Positions 1-14,853 are shown, counted from the first letter of the stretch. The stretch: 64,000 bases of DNA from Octopus vulgaris (GCA_951406725.2 OX597821.1:58280001-58344000); one strand, 5' to 3'. Notes: generated by a model not told the origin, from the letters alone. Numbers and translations: made by a program.

Positions 1-188
1 TACAACCACATGGTTCCAGGTTCAGCCCCACAATGCAAAACTTTAAGCAAGTATCTTCTACTATAGCCCTGAGCCAACCAATGCCTTGTGAGTAGATTAG
101 ATAGATGAAAGCTTTGTGGAAACCCATGACATACACATATATATATGTACACATAGATACACATATATATGCATACACACACATATAT

Positions 189-237
<49 letters not shown>

Positions 238-981
238 TACATACATATGATGGACTCTCCCATTGTTAGATAATGTATGAGGTTTCGACAATTTCTTACC
301 GAACAACCACAGATGATTTTTATATAGTGATCAAGTGTTTGTATAGACGTAAGCTCCCTCCCTCCATCAAATCGACATTACCTGTACAGATGCAACATAT
401 CAGATGTCAAAATGATTGCTGACCAATGTGAAATGAAGTGCTTTGCTCAAGAACACAATGCAACACCCAGTCTGGAAACTGATCCCACAATCTTACAATT
501 GTGAGTGCAACACCCTAACCACTAAGCCATGCACCTTCACATATATATATATATATATATACACATGCATGTATGCCCTTGTGTTTGTCCACCTCCCACA
601 GTTTGACAACAGGTATGTTGGCTTGTTTACACTTCTGTAACTTAGCAGTTTGACAAAAGGGACTGATAGAATTAGCGCCAGACTTAGAAACAAAATGCCA
701 ATTTGTTCAACTAACCTCCTCAAGGCAGTGCCACAGTGCAATGATTAAAACAAGTAAAAGAAAAGAAAAAAAACTATTTTCAATGCTATTCAACGGAAGG
801 ATGGTTATAAAAAGTAAAACTAGAACCAGAATACTTCCCAACCATATGATTCCAGGTTCAGTCCCACTGCGTGGCACCTTGGGCAAGAGTTTTCCAGAAT
901 AAGCACCAGGTTTTTTAAGATAAAAGATAATTCACTATTTATGTTTACTTAAATGAACACACGCACGCACGCACACGCACG

Positions 982-1036
<55 letters not shown>

Positions 1037-2275
1037 ACACTTCTCAATCTGGAATGCAAAGAAGAATTTCAGTAAAAATGTACGTATAATGGTTAGATAC
1101 ACTCAAAGAAAAATATCTTACACAAACAGTTTTGAAACTTTTACCAATGTTGCGGAAAAATTACATAAAAGAAAGACACCAGGAAAGGGTGGAATAGATG
1201 AATAAACAATACAAGGAACTGATGCTCTATAGAAAGTGATTTTCTGACTTATTCTACAGAAGGCCAATTCTATACAAAAATATATCTTTTAGCTGCTGTA
1301 TTTGATGGAATAAAAACCACATTGGCATATTAGATGCATCTGAATTTCAGTAGTGCATATTCATGGAAAAGGGGGTTTTGTGCATTAACGTAATATTGAC
1401 TCAACTTTGCATCTAGGATGTGGGATGGAGATTTCTTTGAGACATTTTTGTGGAAAAAAATGCATTTTATATACCATCAAATAAGGTATGTACATATGTG
1501 TGTGTGTGTGTGTGTGTGTATCTAAAAAAAATATGGAAGGTCAGATTGACATGATATTCACTTGTCATAACATGAATAAACCTTTTAACAAAACTTGTTC
1601 AGCAAAAAAATTATAGTTTGTCTAAACATGTACAAACTTTACACAAGCTATCACAACTGATTCCTCTAAGACCATCATGAATGTAAAATGAAGTGATTTA
1701 TTAGTAGGCAGACAGAAAAGAGTGTTATGTGAGCAACAACTTTTGATAAATAAAGCTGTGCTGCCTCAAAATAAGAAAACACTATTGTATGCTGTAACCA
1801 TGTCACAAAATGGCTCAATTGCAGAAAGACTTTATTCCCCACTTGTAGTTTGCTACAGTCATCGCATTTGGCAAAAGTACTTGCTGCCTTTGTAGCTGTC
1901 ATAGAAAAGCTCACAAAGACTTGGCCAACAGTCCTCACACTTGTAACTGAAATCAGAACAATCGCCTCTGATGTTAAAAATATTTCAAAGAGAATATTCC
2001 AAGAAAACTGTCTATCTCTTCTGTTTATTTCCTCACTAAATATGCTGTAATTTTTCCCCTTTTTTACTAAAATTCAGTGGCTATAAGTTAAATTACCCAT
2101 CACCAAGAGATACCAATGTAATCCATATGTTCTTTATAGATAAAAATCCTTTCTATTACACACACAAGACCTGAAATTTGTGGGAAGGAAGGCAGAGCGA
2201 TTACATGAACCCCAGTACATGACTGGTACTTACTTTATCGACCCCAAAAGGATGAACGGCAAAGACAATCTCAGC

Positions 2276-2329
<54 letters not shown>

Positions 2330-2668
2330 CATACATATATATAGGAGACCCCCTTCGGTCATGAATGACCATGGGATTGCACCTAGAAAGTTACCCACCG
2401 AGGCACAAGTTCGGGCAAGGTTGCCAGCAGTCGCCCATGCATACCAGCCTTCCCTCTCCACACCACTGATGTTATCCAAGGGAAAAGCAAAAGCCGATAC
2501 AGCTTGGCACCAGTGACATCGCAACTCATTTCCACAGCTGAGTGAAACTGGAGCAATGTGGAATAAAGCGCCTTGCTCAAGATCACAACACGCAGCTTGG
2601 TCCTGGAATCGAATTCACAACCTCACGATCGTAAGCTTGACACTCTAACCACTGAGCCATGCACCTTC

Positions 2669-2708
<40 letters not shown>

Positions 2709-3475
2709 AAATACAAAATGGGACAAGAACGCAAAACATCCGGACAACTAGGTGATACAAAAAGGGACAAAAAACAACAAGATAGATGATACCAAAAAAC
2801 AAGGACGAGTCATTCAAAGCTTTTTATCTTCAGTCAAGAACCGGATCATCCTTGCAATATTGTCTTAAATCAAAAAATTAATATCAATAATCTCCCTGTT
2901 ACGAGAGAGTACTACTAGTATCTTGGTATTGACAAAAATGTGTCATATAAACTTGCTGTGAACAAAGATAGAATGACCAAAAAACATACCAGACTTTAAA
3001 AAATATGACAGTCAAGACTTTCCCCTCTCAAGAGAATATGCAACAATGCATATTGCAGTAACAGAACTGGTACATCTATCTTCATTTTTCACATATGAGT
3101 AGTTCCAAAAGCAAAATACACTGTGTAAAATGAATTAGTGATAAAAGAATAACAGATCATATGGGAAAAAAACAGGTTTTATTCCAAGACCCCAAATTGT
3201 AGTGAATATTGCAGATGGTTGCTGGGGCATGCTTTTGCTGAATGTTTGGTAAAGTGCCAATCTGTGTTATCACAGATCAATCTATGATAAGCATAACATG
3301 GTTCACAATTGAACAGACTGTGTTACCTTGGATCAATGATGAATGAATCATTGATAAACAAAGCTACATGTACCAACATTTGGGATAATTGACTGTTTTT
3401 ATGGAAGAAATCTGCTTTATACATATTGAAGCCAGCCAGAGACTAGAAATAGTGATACTGACCAGATGTATTTAA

Positions 3476-3696
3476 CCCTTTTGTTACCAATCCGGCTGAA
3501 ACCGGCTCTGGCTCTGAGTACAAATATCTTGTTTTCATAAGTTTTGAATTAAAATCTTCCACCAAACGTTAGTTACAATTTATGTTGCTAACACTAGCTT
3601 AATGATAACTAAGTTATTTTACTAAATTCTTTGTAATATTTCAAATTAATTGAAAGGAACACAGAACATCTCAACATAAATGCTGTAACAAAAGGG
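3476..3696. mobile_element. piggyBac-type MITE
   Basis: Perfect 12-bp TIR CCCTTTTGTTAC/GTAACAAAAGGG with TTAA on both sides. Confidence 0.85.
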
Positions 3697-6600
3697 TTAA
3701 TAAGAAAAATGTGTAGATCAGACCTGACAACCTATGAGCATAATTAGGCACCATTCGGACAATATGGCAGAATTGTATGGTAATTTCTCATTATCCAAGA
3801 AAGAGGGGTCTGCAATTTCTTGTTGAGTAGCCTGCACAAATGATTTGTTTATAGTGATCAAATGCATGTTCTGTACATTAACTCACCTGCCTCCATCAAA
3901 TCAACCTTGCCTGGAGAAGTGCACATTGTACCACACTTCAGGTGTCAAAATGATCACTGAGCAATGTGAGATGAAGTGTTCTGCTCAAGAACATAATGTA
4001 CCATATGGTCCAGGAACTGAAGCCATGATCTCATGATCATGAGTTCAAGACCTGAACCACTAGGCACTGCACCCACATTCATTCTGACAGTGACTACTAA
4101 ACAACAGCAACAAAGATAAAACACCACCCAAATGGTCAAAAATGAAATGAACAGCTTCCTCCAAGTCAAAAGTGAAGTCCTCAAGAGCATCTTCCAAATG
4201 AACTTCCATGCATCCCTAACCAGCAGACTTCAATAAAGACTTGGAAAAAAAGTGCTAATATGTTTTCTATAAACTTGAAAATATTGCTAACATTGACAAG
4301 AAGTGTAGTATCTCTCTCATGGACTCGTGACATTTCAAAATTATGCTTTTAAAGTCCAAGAGTACGACACAACAAAATACCTAATGAACAAAAGAGAAGG
4401 GGAAGCCCTTAAAATTTAAAACACAACCTAAATGTTGATTATGTTCACAATCCTTGGAAGATATTAGACACAGGGGTCAGCAGTTGCTCCCAAATGTCAT
4501 TAACTCTTAAATTTGAATGCCACAGACACCAGCATGTCACCAAATCTTGATTCACATGAAACAGCAATTCAAATAGTGTTGTAGTTGAATTGAGATCAAA
4601 AAGTGGAACTAGGCAATCTTCTGTGCAAAAAACAAAGTTTAGTCTCATTTTAGAAAGAACTTCTGGTCAATAGACTTCTTGTTTGCACCATGCTTAATTC
4701 TACATTTTATCAACTAAATTTTACCAAATATTTTTCCCTTTATTTCCAAGCACAATGGTGGTTAATACTCCAAGCACTGAGGTAGAATCCACTGGAATAT
4801 TTTTATTAATCATTAATTTATTATTATTTATTTACTTAGGATTTAATCTGAAAATTACTGTATAGTGCCCTTTGGATTACCATTAATACGAAGGGGAGTA
4901 ACTATCGCCTCACACTATGTAACAGGATTAGAAATTTGAATATGAAATCAAGGAATAAAAAAAAGGATACAAAGAGTTCTCATATATATAAATATAATTT
5001 AAATTCTTTTTCTACTACTATTATCTATAGTGAAATTCTTACAATTTCTAGTAAGTGGTAATCGTGTATAGTACTGTTTCATCCTTTTTAGGAATTTCCA
5101 GCATGACTTAACCTGTAAATTTGTTAATTAGATATGGTACGAATAGAAACTTTAGAGTAAACTATGTGTAATCAACTTTACTGTATTCAATTAACCTAGA
5201 CATATGAAAAGATATGGCAACAGCTAAAAATCAGTAACAGGAGAAACCACATTCAAAGTGTATATCAACACTCATTATATCATCCAAATTCATGAAATGG
5301 TTATATTTTTTATGACTTTTATACTAAACATATTGCATTTCATGAAAAAACAAAAAGCCCAAAAATCCCTAATTTTTAACATGATTGAGAGATCTCTAAA
5401 GAGAAAATGCTACAGAATTTTAAGGTTCTACTTCCCTGTGTCACATGCTATCATTACTGAAACAATATATGATGCGGTTCATTAGAAAACCTATCCAGGA
5501 ATAATATAGAAAATATTTCTGCTGTTGAATACATGTGTATCATGAACAGTACCTCACATACGCCACAACACAAATACATACACAGCCACTAACACTACTT
5601 ATACACACACACATGCACAAGAATGTACACCCACCAACACAGAGCCACTTGCACACATGCATTTTCTTACTCAACTACACACCTTCTTCCTATCACAGCC
5701 AGTTCCTCCTTGCTTCACGACTATTTAACACCTTCGTACTTTGCTTGAATACTGTATTCTACACTTTCCCTGCCACCAACACTTTAGCTTGCAAACTCAC
5801 ACACACACATTTCCTGTTCTCCTCATCTCACTACCTCCCCTCCAATTTGCACTCCTGCCTAAAGAGTTCTCCTTTTCCTCTCTTCCTGCCTTTCTTATTT
5901 TCACCATACAACCACCTAACTTCGACACACTTTGCACTCCACTTGCTTCAGCTGTTTCCACCCCACTGCATAATTTAGCACTGAATTTTACCAATTTATC
6001 ATCTTTGAACTTTTAAAACTTTCCAACTGTGAAAAAATGTTTCAAAAACACTTCTTTTTATCTCTTCTGTTTTAAACCTTTTACATGTTCATACACCTTT
6101 CCTCACTTTTTTTTTATATTCTATCAGCTTTAGTTGTCTTTGATTTTAAGTTTCCTTTGTCAATGCTTATTCAAACAGTTTCAAATCCATTTTCAAAAGT
6201 TTATGAAGGAAGACTTATAATAAACAAATATATTTCTGATATAATACTGAGTTTTTTGTTGAATAATAGACTCCTTGAATTTTTTTAAGAACTGCAGTGC
6301 CAGTACCATGATAAAAGTATTCAGTACACTCTGTAAAGTGGCTGGCATTAGGAATGGCATCCAGCCATCAAAATCATGCTAAAACAAACGCTAGGGTTCG
6401 ATACACTCCTATGGTTCACTGAATTCTTTTCAACCAGCATGAGAGACAGATATTAAATGATGATGATATATACATATATATATATTTACACACACACATG
6501 TAGATTTATATGTATATATACACATACACACGCAAGCACATGCACACATACATGCACACACACACACATACACACAAACATAACAGGAAATGGATGCTAT

Positions 6601-7423
6601 GTTGGTTTAGCTGCTGTAATTTTCAGTTGTCCATTTAACTGAGATGCTATTCAAAGAATTATAATGTGGTTCAGCTCACAACTGTAAAGTCTTGAGTTCA
6701 ATGCCTACAGATGCATCGTGTCCTTGAGCAGGACACTTTATATCACATTGCTCCAATGCACTCAGCAGGCACAAATGAACTGTACCTGTATTTGAAAAAG
6801 GGCCAGCTTTGTAATATTCTGTGTCGTACTGAATCTCCCTGAGAACTACATTGAGAGTATTTTCTGTGGAGCGCTCAGCCAGTTGCACATTCATTTCACG
6901 AGCAGGTTATTCCATTGATTGGATCAGCTGGAATGTTCTTCATGGTAACCGATGAAGTGCCTGTGTGTATTCCCCAGACAAAACAAAATATAGAATGTGA
7001 TAAAGATGGCATTTGCACTTACACTTACTGTCCTTTACATTCCATATAATGAATTCCATTCAGGAGTCCCAGCTCAACCGGAGGCCGTAAAAAAAGACAT
7101 TTCCCATGTTACCCTGCAATGTAATCAAATAACCAACCTCATCATAACAGTACAATCTTCTAAGGCCTTTAGTGGATTTCCAGCTCTTTATACTCTGAGT
7201 TCAAATTCTGCTAAGGTTGACTCTGTTTTCCGTCATTTTCAGGATCAATAAAATAAGTAATTGAGCACTGGGGTGGATGTAATTGACTTAACCCTCCCTT
7301 AGAATTACTGGCCTTGTACCTAAATTTGAAACCATCATTATAGAGTTCTGAAAAGCAGCAAGATGGTGGAATCATTAACGCATCAGACAAAATACTTAGC
7401 AGCATTTCTTCTGGGTCTTTATG

Positions 7424-8048
7424 TCATCATCATCGTTTAACGTCCGTTTTCCATGCTGGCATGGGTTGAATGGTTTGACTAAGGTCTGGAGAGCCAGTGG
7501 CTGCACCAGGCTCCAACCTGATCTGGTAATGTTTCTACAGCTGGAAGGGCATCCAGCTGTAGATGCTCTTCCAGATGCCAACCACTCCAAGAGTGTAGTG
7601 GGTGCTTTTTATGTGCCACCGGCACAGGAGCCAGTCAGGCAGGCCTGGCATCAATCACGTTCGAATAGTGCTTTTTATGTGCCACTAGCATGGGAGCCAG
7701 TCAGGTGGACCTGGCATTGGCCACATTCAGCTGATGCTTTTTACATGCCACCAGCACGAGAGCCGGTCAGGGGGTACTGGCATCAGCCACGTTCAGATGG
7801 TGCTTTTTACGTACCACCAGCACGGGAGCCAGTCAGGCAGACCTGGCAATGACCACATTTGGATAGTGCTTTTTATGTGCCACCGGCATGGGAACCAGTC
7901 AGGGGACACTGGTCACAGCTAAAATATTGGTTATACTTGACTCAACAGGTCTTCTCAAGCATATCATATCGCATGATGCATCAGGGGTACTCTTAACTGG
8001 GCCGGACATGCGTGGCTGTGATTTCACATTAGTTGCCAGGTCTTCTCA
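7424..8048 (-). mobile_element. RTE LINE 3' UTR fragment with ~58-bp subrepeats
   Basis: Shares catcatcgtttaacgtccg..ccatgc..catgggttg and GTGCCACCGGCAC units with the RTE copies. Related fragments at about 35470-36150, 37261-37650, 41500-41810, 44100-44560 and 58150-58652. Confidence 0.8.
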
Positions 8049-8965
8049 ATGAGTTCAAATTCTGCCATGGTTGACTTTGCCTTTCATCCTTTTGGAGTCA
8101 ATAAAATAAAAACCAGCTGAGCCCTGGGGGTCAATGTAATGTTAATCAATGTTACCTCTACACTTAAAACTAGTAGTCTTACATCAGAATTTGAAACCAT
8201 TATTTCTTCAGTACACTCTGAACTGAAAACCTCTCAAAGACAACTTTGCCTTCCATCCAAGTGAGGTCCAGTATAGTGAACAGGTAAGAGTTATAAGTGT
8301 CAGCTGTGATACCTGATCTTTGCATTTTTAGTTCTAGAGAGGTAAACTGAAATTTTCACAGGGTTTAAAACACCCACTGGCCTTGGGTACACTTAGAAAG
8401 GTTCACCATGCAGCAAGCATTCAGGGCCAGATGACTTCCACACTTCCTTCCAACTCTCACAGACCCAGGACCAAACCATAAAAAAATAGACAAACATTTA
8501 ACCACACAGGTCCCATATATGTGTATGTGTGTATGTGTGTGTGTGGGGAGGCTGAGTATGGTTGAATGCTTACATACAGATAGACGGATAGGTAAATAGA
8601 TGTGTGTGTGTATTTATATAGGTATAATTATATTTTATATTTTATAATTATATTTAAATATAAATTAACCAATATGGTCTTGTTATTACGCTGGCCACTG
8701 ATAAATCATTAAATAATGACTCTATCCTAATTATGTATGTATATATATATATATATGTATATATATACTTTTTTACTTGTTTCAGTCATTTGACTGTGGC
8801 CATGCTGAAGCACCGCCTTTGGTTGAGCAAGTGCACCTCAGGACCTATTCTTTGTAAACCTAGTACTTATTCCATTGGACTCTTTCGCTAAGTTATGTGG
8901 ATGTAACACACCAGCATCGGTTGTCAAGCGATGTTGAGGAGACAAACACAGACACACAAACGTAT

Positions 8966-8997
<32 letters not shown>

Positions 8998-9211
8998 ATA
9001 TATATACGACGGGTTTCTTTCAGTTTCCGTCTACCAAATCCACTAACAAGGCTTTGGTCGACCCGAGGTTATACAACTATAGACACTTGCCCAAGGTACC
9101 ACACAGTGGGACTGAACCCAGAACCATGTGGTTGGTAAGAAAGCTACTTATCACACAGTCACTCCTACGCCTATATATGGAAAGAAAAAGTATATTCCCA
9201 TGCAGAAAGAA

Positions 9212-9575
9212 ATATAAGAGAATTTGTTTTGGGGTTTGGAAATGCACAACTGAATTTCCAATGAAGTTCATTGGTTATGATCTTCACCAAACATTTACGT
9301 CTATATTATATCATCTATCCCTGTGAAATTCATTGAAATTTCTGTGAACATTTGAACACTTGTTGGTGTAAACATGTTTGCCCAATTTTTACCTTGGAAT
9401 TTTAAACTCTCTTAAAGCCTTTATTTATATATTTGTACCACTGATAAGCAAAAAAATTGTCGAAACTAGTTTGGTATGTGAATAAATCTGTTTCATAATT
9501 TCAAAATTTAGAAACAACTACACATTTTTTTAGATTCAGGTGCATTTTCAAACCCCAAAACAAATCCTCCTATAT
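9212..9575. mobile_element. ~360-bp element with ~45-bp terminal inverted repeats and an internal hammerhead-like motif
   Basis: atataagagaatttgttttggggtttggaaatgcacaactgaat (9212-9255) versus the reverse complement of 9534-9575, atataggaggatttgttttggggtttgaaaatgcacctgaat. Confidence 0.7.
9435..9477 (+). ncRNA. Decayed minimal type I hammerhead ribozyme motif
   Basis: GTACCA-CTGATAA-gcaa..ttgtc-GAAA-CTAG-TT-TGGTAT: 6-bp stem I, core one base off CUGAUGA, palindromic stem III, AATAAA 4 nt downstream. Confidence 0.55.
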
Positions 9576-9576
9576 G

Positions 9577-9847
9577 AATATATATATATACACACACACA
9601 CATAAATATGTATACACACACACACACACACACAAATATATATATACACACACATATATATATACACATATATATACACATATATATATACACATACATA
9701 CACATATATGCACATATATATATACACATACATACACATATATGCACATATATATACACACATATACGATGATGATGATATATACATACCCATATATATA
9801 TACATACCCATATATATATACATACCCATATATATATATACATACAC

Positions 9848-9880
<33 letters not shown>

Positions 9881-9903
9881 TACACTATATTTATATATAT
9901 GTA

Positions 9904-9951
<48 letters not shown>
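9577..9951. repeat. (TA)n/(CA)n compound microsatellite
   Basis: Directly visible. Confidence 0.9.
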
Positions 9952-9954
<3 letters not shown>

Positions 9955-11095
9955 TCATCATCATCATCATCGTTTAACGTCCGCTTTCCATGCTAGCATG
10001 GGTTGGACGGTTCAACTGGGGTCTGGGAAGCCCGAAGGCTGCACCAGGCCAGTCAGATGTGGCAGTGTTTCTACAGCTGGATGCCCTTCCTAACGCCAAC
10101 CACTCCGAGAGTGTAGTGGGTGATTTTATGTGCCACCGACACAGGTGCCAGACGAGGCTGGCAGACGGCCACGCTCAGATGGTGTTTTCTTATGTGTCAC
10201 CAACACAGGTGCCAGACGAGGCTGGCGGACGGCCACGCTCGGATGGTGTTTGTTACGTGCCCTCAGCACGGAGGCCAGTCATTGCGGTACTGGCTACGGT
10301 CATGTTCGGATGGTTTTCTTATGTGCCACCGGCACTGGTACCACAAGGATACAAATTCCATTGATGTTCATCTATTTTGATTTGGTTCGATTTGATTCGA
10401 TACGATTCGATTCACACTTGCCTCAACAGGTCTTCACAAGTGTCACAAGAAGGAAGGTATGCACAGGTGGACTGACTACGTCCCAGGTAGGGGTCACGGA
10501 TTATGGCTTCACTAGTCTTGCCGGGTCTTCTCACGCACAGCATACTTCCATAGGTCTCGGTCTCTAGTCATTTCCATGGTGAGACCTAACGTCCGAAGGT
10601 CGTGCTTCACCACCTCGTCCCAGGTTTTCCTGGGTCTACCTCTTCCACGGGTTCCCTCAACTGCTAGGGATTGGCACTTTCTCACACACCTATCTTCATC
10701 CATTCTCGCCACATGACCATACCAGCGCAATCGTCTCTCTTGCACACAACAACTGATGCTTCTTAGGTACAACATTTCTCTCAAGGTACTAACGCTCTGT
10801 CGAGTAAGTACACTGACATTACACATCCATCGGAGCATACTGGCTTCGTTCCTCACGAGCTTACGCATGTCCTCAGCAGTCACGGCCCATGTTTCACTGC
10901 CATGTAGCATAGCTGTTCGTACACATGCATCATACAGTCTGCCTTTTACTCTGAGCGAGAGGCCTTTAGTCACCAGCAGAGGTAAGAGCTCCCTAAACTT
11001 TGCCCAGGCTATTCTTATTCTAGCAGTTACACTTTCAGCGCACCCACCCCCACTACTGACTTGGTCACCTAGATAGCGGAAGCTATCAACTACTT
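9951..11095 (-). mobile_element. 5'-truncated RTE-type LINE with 3' UTR and (GAT)n tail
   Basis: VVDSFRYLG..ARIRIAWAKFREL..MLHGSETW..RRLRWYGHV.RM..RGRGRPRKTW is intact to the stop at 10512; tail GGAAAGCGGACGTTAAACGATGATG. Confidence 0.9.
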
Positions 11096-11626
11096 ATATA
11101 CACATATATATATCTTTTATCTTTAATTTGTTTTAGTCATTGGACTGCAGCCATGCTGGGGCACCATGATTATATAATATAGAAGCAATATCTTTACAGG
11201 TGGACGTCCTCCCTATCATTAACTTTTTTGTCTCTTTCCAAGTAAGGGATCTCTTTATTCCACAATTCTTCAAAAACCCAAGTCAGCAGATGATTTGTCA
11301 ACTATTTGTAACTCATGTAAAGCAACATTCACAGAGACATAAGCGCACACAAACACACACACACACACAGGCATATGTGTACAAATATATAAATATAATA
11401 TATATGACTGTGGAGCACAACTTGTAACCGAAGTTCAAGTTCAGTAGTTCGGGACAATGCAAAGCATCAATCCACATGTTTTTTGCTCAATACTGAAGAG
11501 GTGTTGTGACAAAGTTATGTTTCAACAAGCAATTATGTAATCCTGGAAGTAGTTTGCCAAAATATGTGTGAGTTTTATAGAATGTGAAATATCATGTTTT
11601 CTATGTATATATATGTATGTGTGTAC

Positions 11627-11675
<49 letters not shown>

Positions 11676-11942
11676 TATTGCCAACATTTTTCACATCAAG
11701 TTTTCTAAGTTTGCAGAAGCCACATGAAATCTGTAGAAGCAGATTTTGTACAGCAGAATGGTCTTTCTGTTGCCAACTTTCACCTGTTTCCGAGCAGTTT
11801 AATACTTTAATACTTTTCCATAGCTAGACATGTTTTCCACAGAAGATTATAAATAAGAGACCTCTACTGTACAGCAATGATACTCACTTACAATCATCAT
11901 ATGATGTCCAGACCACAGTGCACTTATACACACATGGGCACA

Positions 11943-11988
11943 CAGACAGACAGACAGACACATAGATGGATACACAGATAGATGGATG

Positions 11989-12070
<82 letters not shown>

Positions 12071-12157
12071 CAGACAGACTAACAGACAGACACAGATGGC
12101 TGGATAAGTAGATAGACATAGAGAGAGAGAAAGAGACAGAGATAGAGACAGACAGAC

Positions 12158-12220
<63 letters not shown>

Positions 12221-12298
12221 CACATGGATGGACAGATAGAGAGATAGACGGATAGAGAGATAGATAGACAGGCACACAGATGGACAGACAGACAGATA
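11943..12298. repeat. (GATA)n/(GACA)n compound microsatellite
   Basis: Directly visible. Confidence 0.95.
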
Positions 12299-12619
12299 TC
12301 TATGTGTGTATAAGCAGTGGAACTTGGTTTACGAATTCAATTTATGCCTGAAGGCTATTTACCACTTGAAATATTCATAAACCAAAAGAAGGCACAGCAA
12401 ATTCAAGCAAGGATATGCTCTGAGCAAAACAAAGTCTGACAGCAACTGATGCTCCCTTGCTTGCACTCACAGCTGGTCACCATTCATTGCTGATGCCTTG
12501 TATTTTTGTTACTTGACACGCTCTTTGTTACCCAAGGCATTTTATGCTAGGAAACTTCTTCACAAAATGATTTGTTCGTGATGACTGTCATTCGAAAGCC
12601 AAGTTCAATTGTTTATAGG

Positions 12620-13600
<981 letters not shown>

Positions 13601-13613
13601 CATACGCCAGGCT

Positions 13614-13659
13614 ACTCCAGACAAATGAAGGTCAATGACTCTGAAACTAGTCTCTGAGT
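13614..13659 (+). ncRNA. Decayed minimal type I hammerhead ribozyme motif
   Basis: ACTCCAGA-CAAATGA-aggtc aat gactct-GAAA-CTAG-TC-TCTGAGT: stems I-III and the GUC site present; core has two substitutions. Confidence 0.5.
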
Positions 13660-13856
13660 GCTGGCTTTCTGGGTGGAGGTGCTTATCTCCCCAATCCTCT
13701 AATGTGACAGTCCTCTAATGTGACATAGCCAACTAGAAACGGTGTTTCCCGGGGTTAAATAGCAGTAGCATCCTTCCCTTTACTGGGACTGCCACATTAA
13801 ATTGGCAACCAACCATCACTATATATATATACATTTATACAAAATGTATATATATA

Positions 13857-14853
13857 TTTGCAGATGATACAAAAGTTTCACAGGCAATACAGAACCCTGA
13901 GGACACTAAACGCCTGCAATGTGAGCTGGACAAAATATACATGTGGGCTGAAAAGAATAGCATGCAGTTCAATGCTGAAAAGTTTCAAGCTTTATGCTAT
14001 CAGCATGCAAAACTAAATGCAATACCCAATGAATACACTGGACCCGGAGGAATTGCAATCCCAGAGGCACAATCAGTGCGTGACCTGGGTATTTACACGA
14101 GTGATGACGCAACCTTTCGTGTACATGTTGCTAAATTGGCAATGAAATGTAGACGACTGGCCGGATGGATTCTCAGAACCTTTAGAACAAGAGAACAAGA
14201 AACCATGATGGTCCTCTGGAGGACACTTGTCCTAATCCACTTTGACTATTGCTCTCAGCTATGGTCACCATCCAGTGTCAAGTTGATCACAGAACTTGAG
14301 GTGATCCAACGTAGCTACACGAAGAAGATAGCCTCTGTGCAGAATATAAGCTACTGGGAAAGACTCATGAGATTAAAACTCTATTCCTTGGAGCGTAGGC
14401 AAGAAAGATATGCCATAATATACATCTGGAAGATCCTGGAAGGACTTGTCCCAAACTTTGGCATCGAAAGTTACACAAATGCCAGAACTGGGCGCCACTG
14501 CGTGGTGCCTAGGACTCCAAATTTGCCATCAAGATGTAGGACAAGATACTGTGATAGCCTGGGCTTCCGAGGCCCACAGCTCTTCAATATCCTCCCGAAG
14601 AACCTAAGAGACCTGCATGGGGTGGATGCAGATGTCTTTAAAATGAAACTGGATCTCTTCTTGTCAGGTATCCCAGATGAACCAACTTCACGGCAGGAGG
14701 TGCAGATGAGGGCAGCTGCATCGAACTCTCTCATGCACCAAATGGCAGTTGCTAAAAAGCATTCGTGAAGTAAAACCATGTAGCAACACCAAATGGCGGT
14801 GCCCCAGCATGGCCACAGCTCGTGAGCTGAAACTAGAATCAATCAATCAATCA
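13857..14853 (+). mobile_element. 5'-truncated CR1-type LINE (RT C-terminal half, short 3' UTR, (AATC)n tail)
   Basis: Stop-free frame 13857..14768 starting FADDTKV, with W...N.MQFN..K, RDLG, DYCSQLWSP and LKLYSLERR; both ends lie in (TA)n. Confidence 0.9.

Noticed and set aside
1675-2050. Cys-containing ORFs as a possible extra exon or transposase end
   Set aside because: No recognisable domain or convincing splice pair, and they lie far downstream of the ZNF stop.
2580-2668. tRNA-like sequences with A and B boxes
   Set aside because: They are SINE heads continuing into SINE bodies; I could not fold a full cloverleaf.
3180-3470. Possible Merlin/ISXO2-like transposase remnant around the piggyBac MITE
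   Set aside because: Only a vague peptide resemblance; cannot be supported without a profile search.
7600-7910. CRISPR-like repeat/spacer appearance
   Set aside because: The linkers are homologous to each other, the array is part of the RTE 3' UTR, and there are no cas genes in this eukaryotic context.
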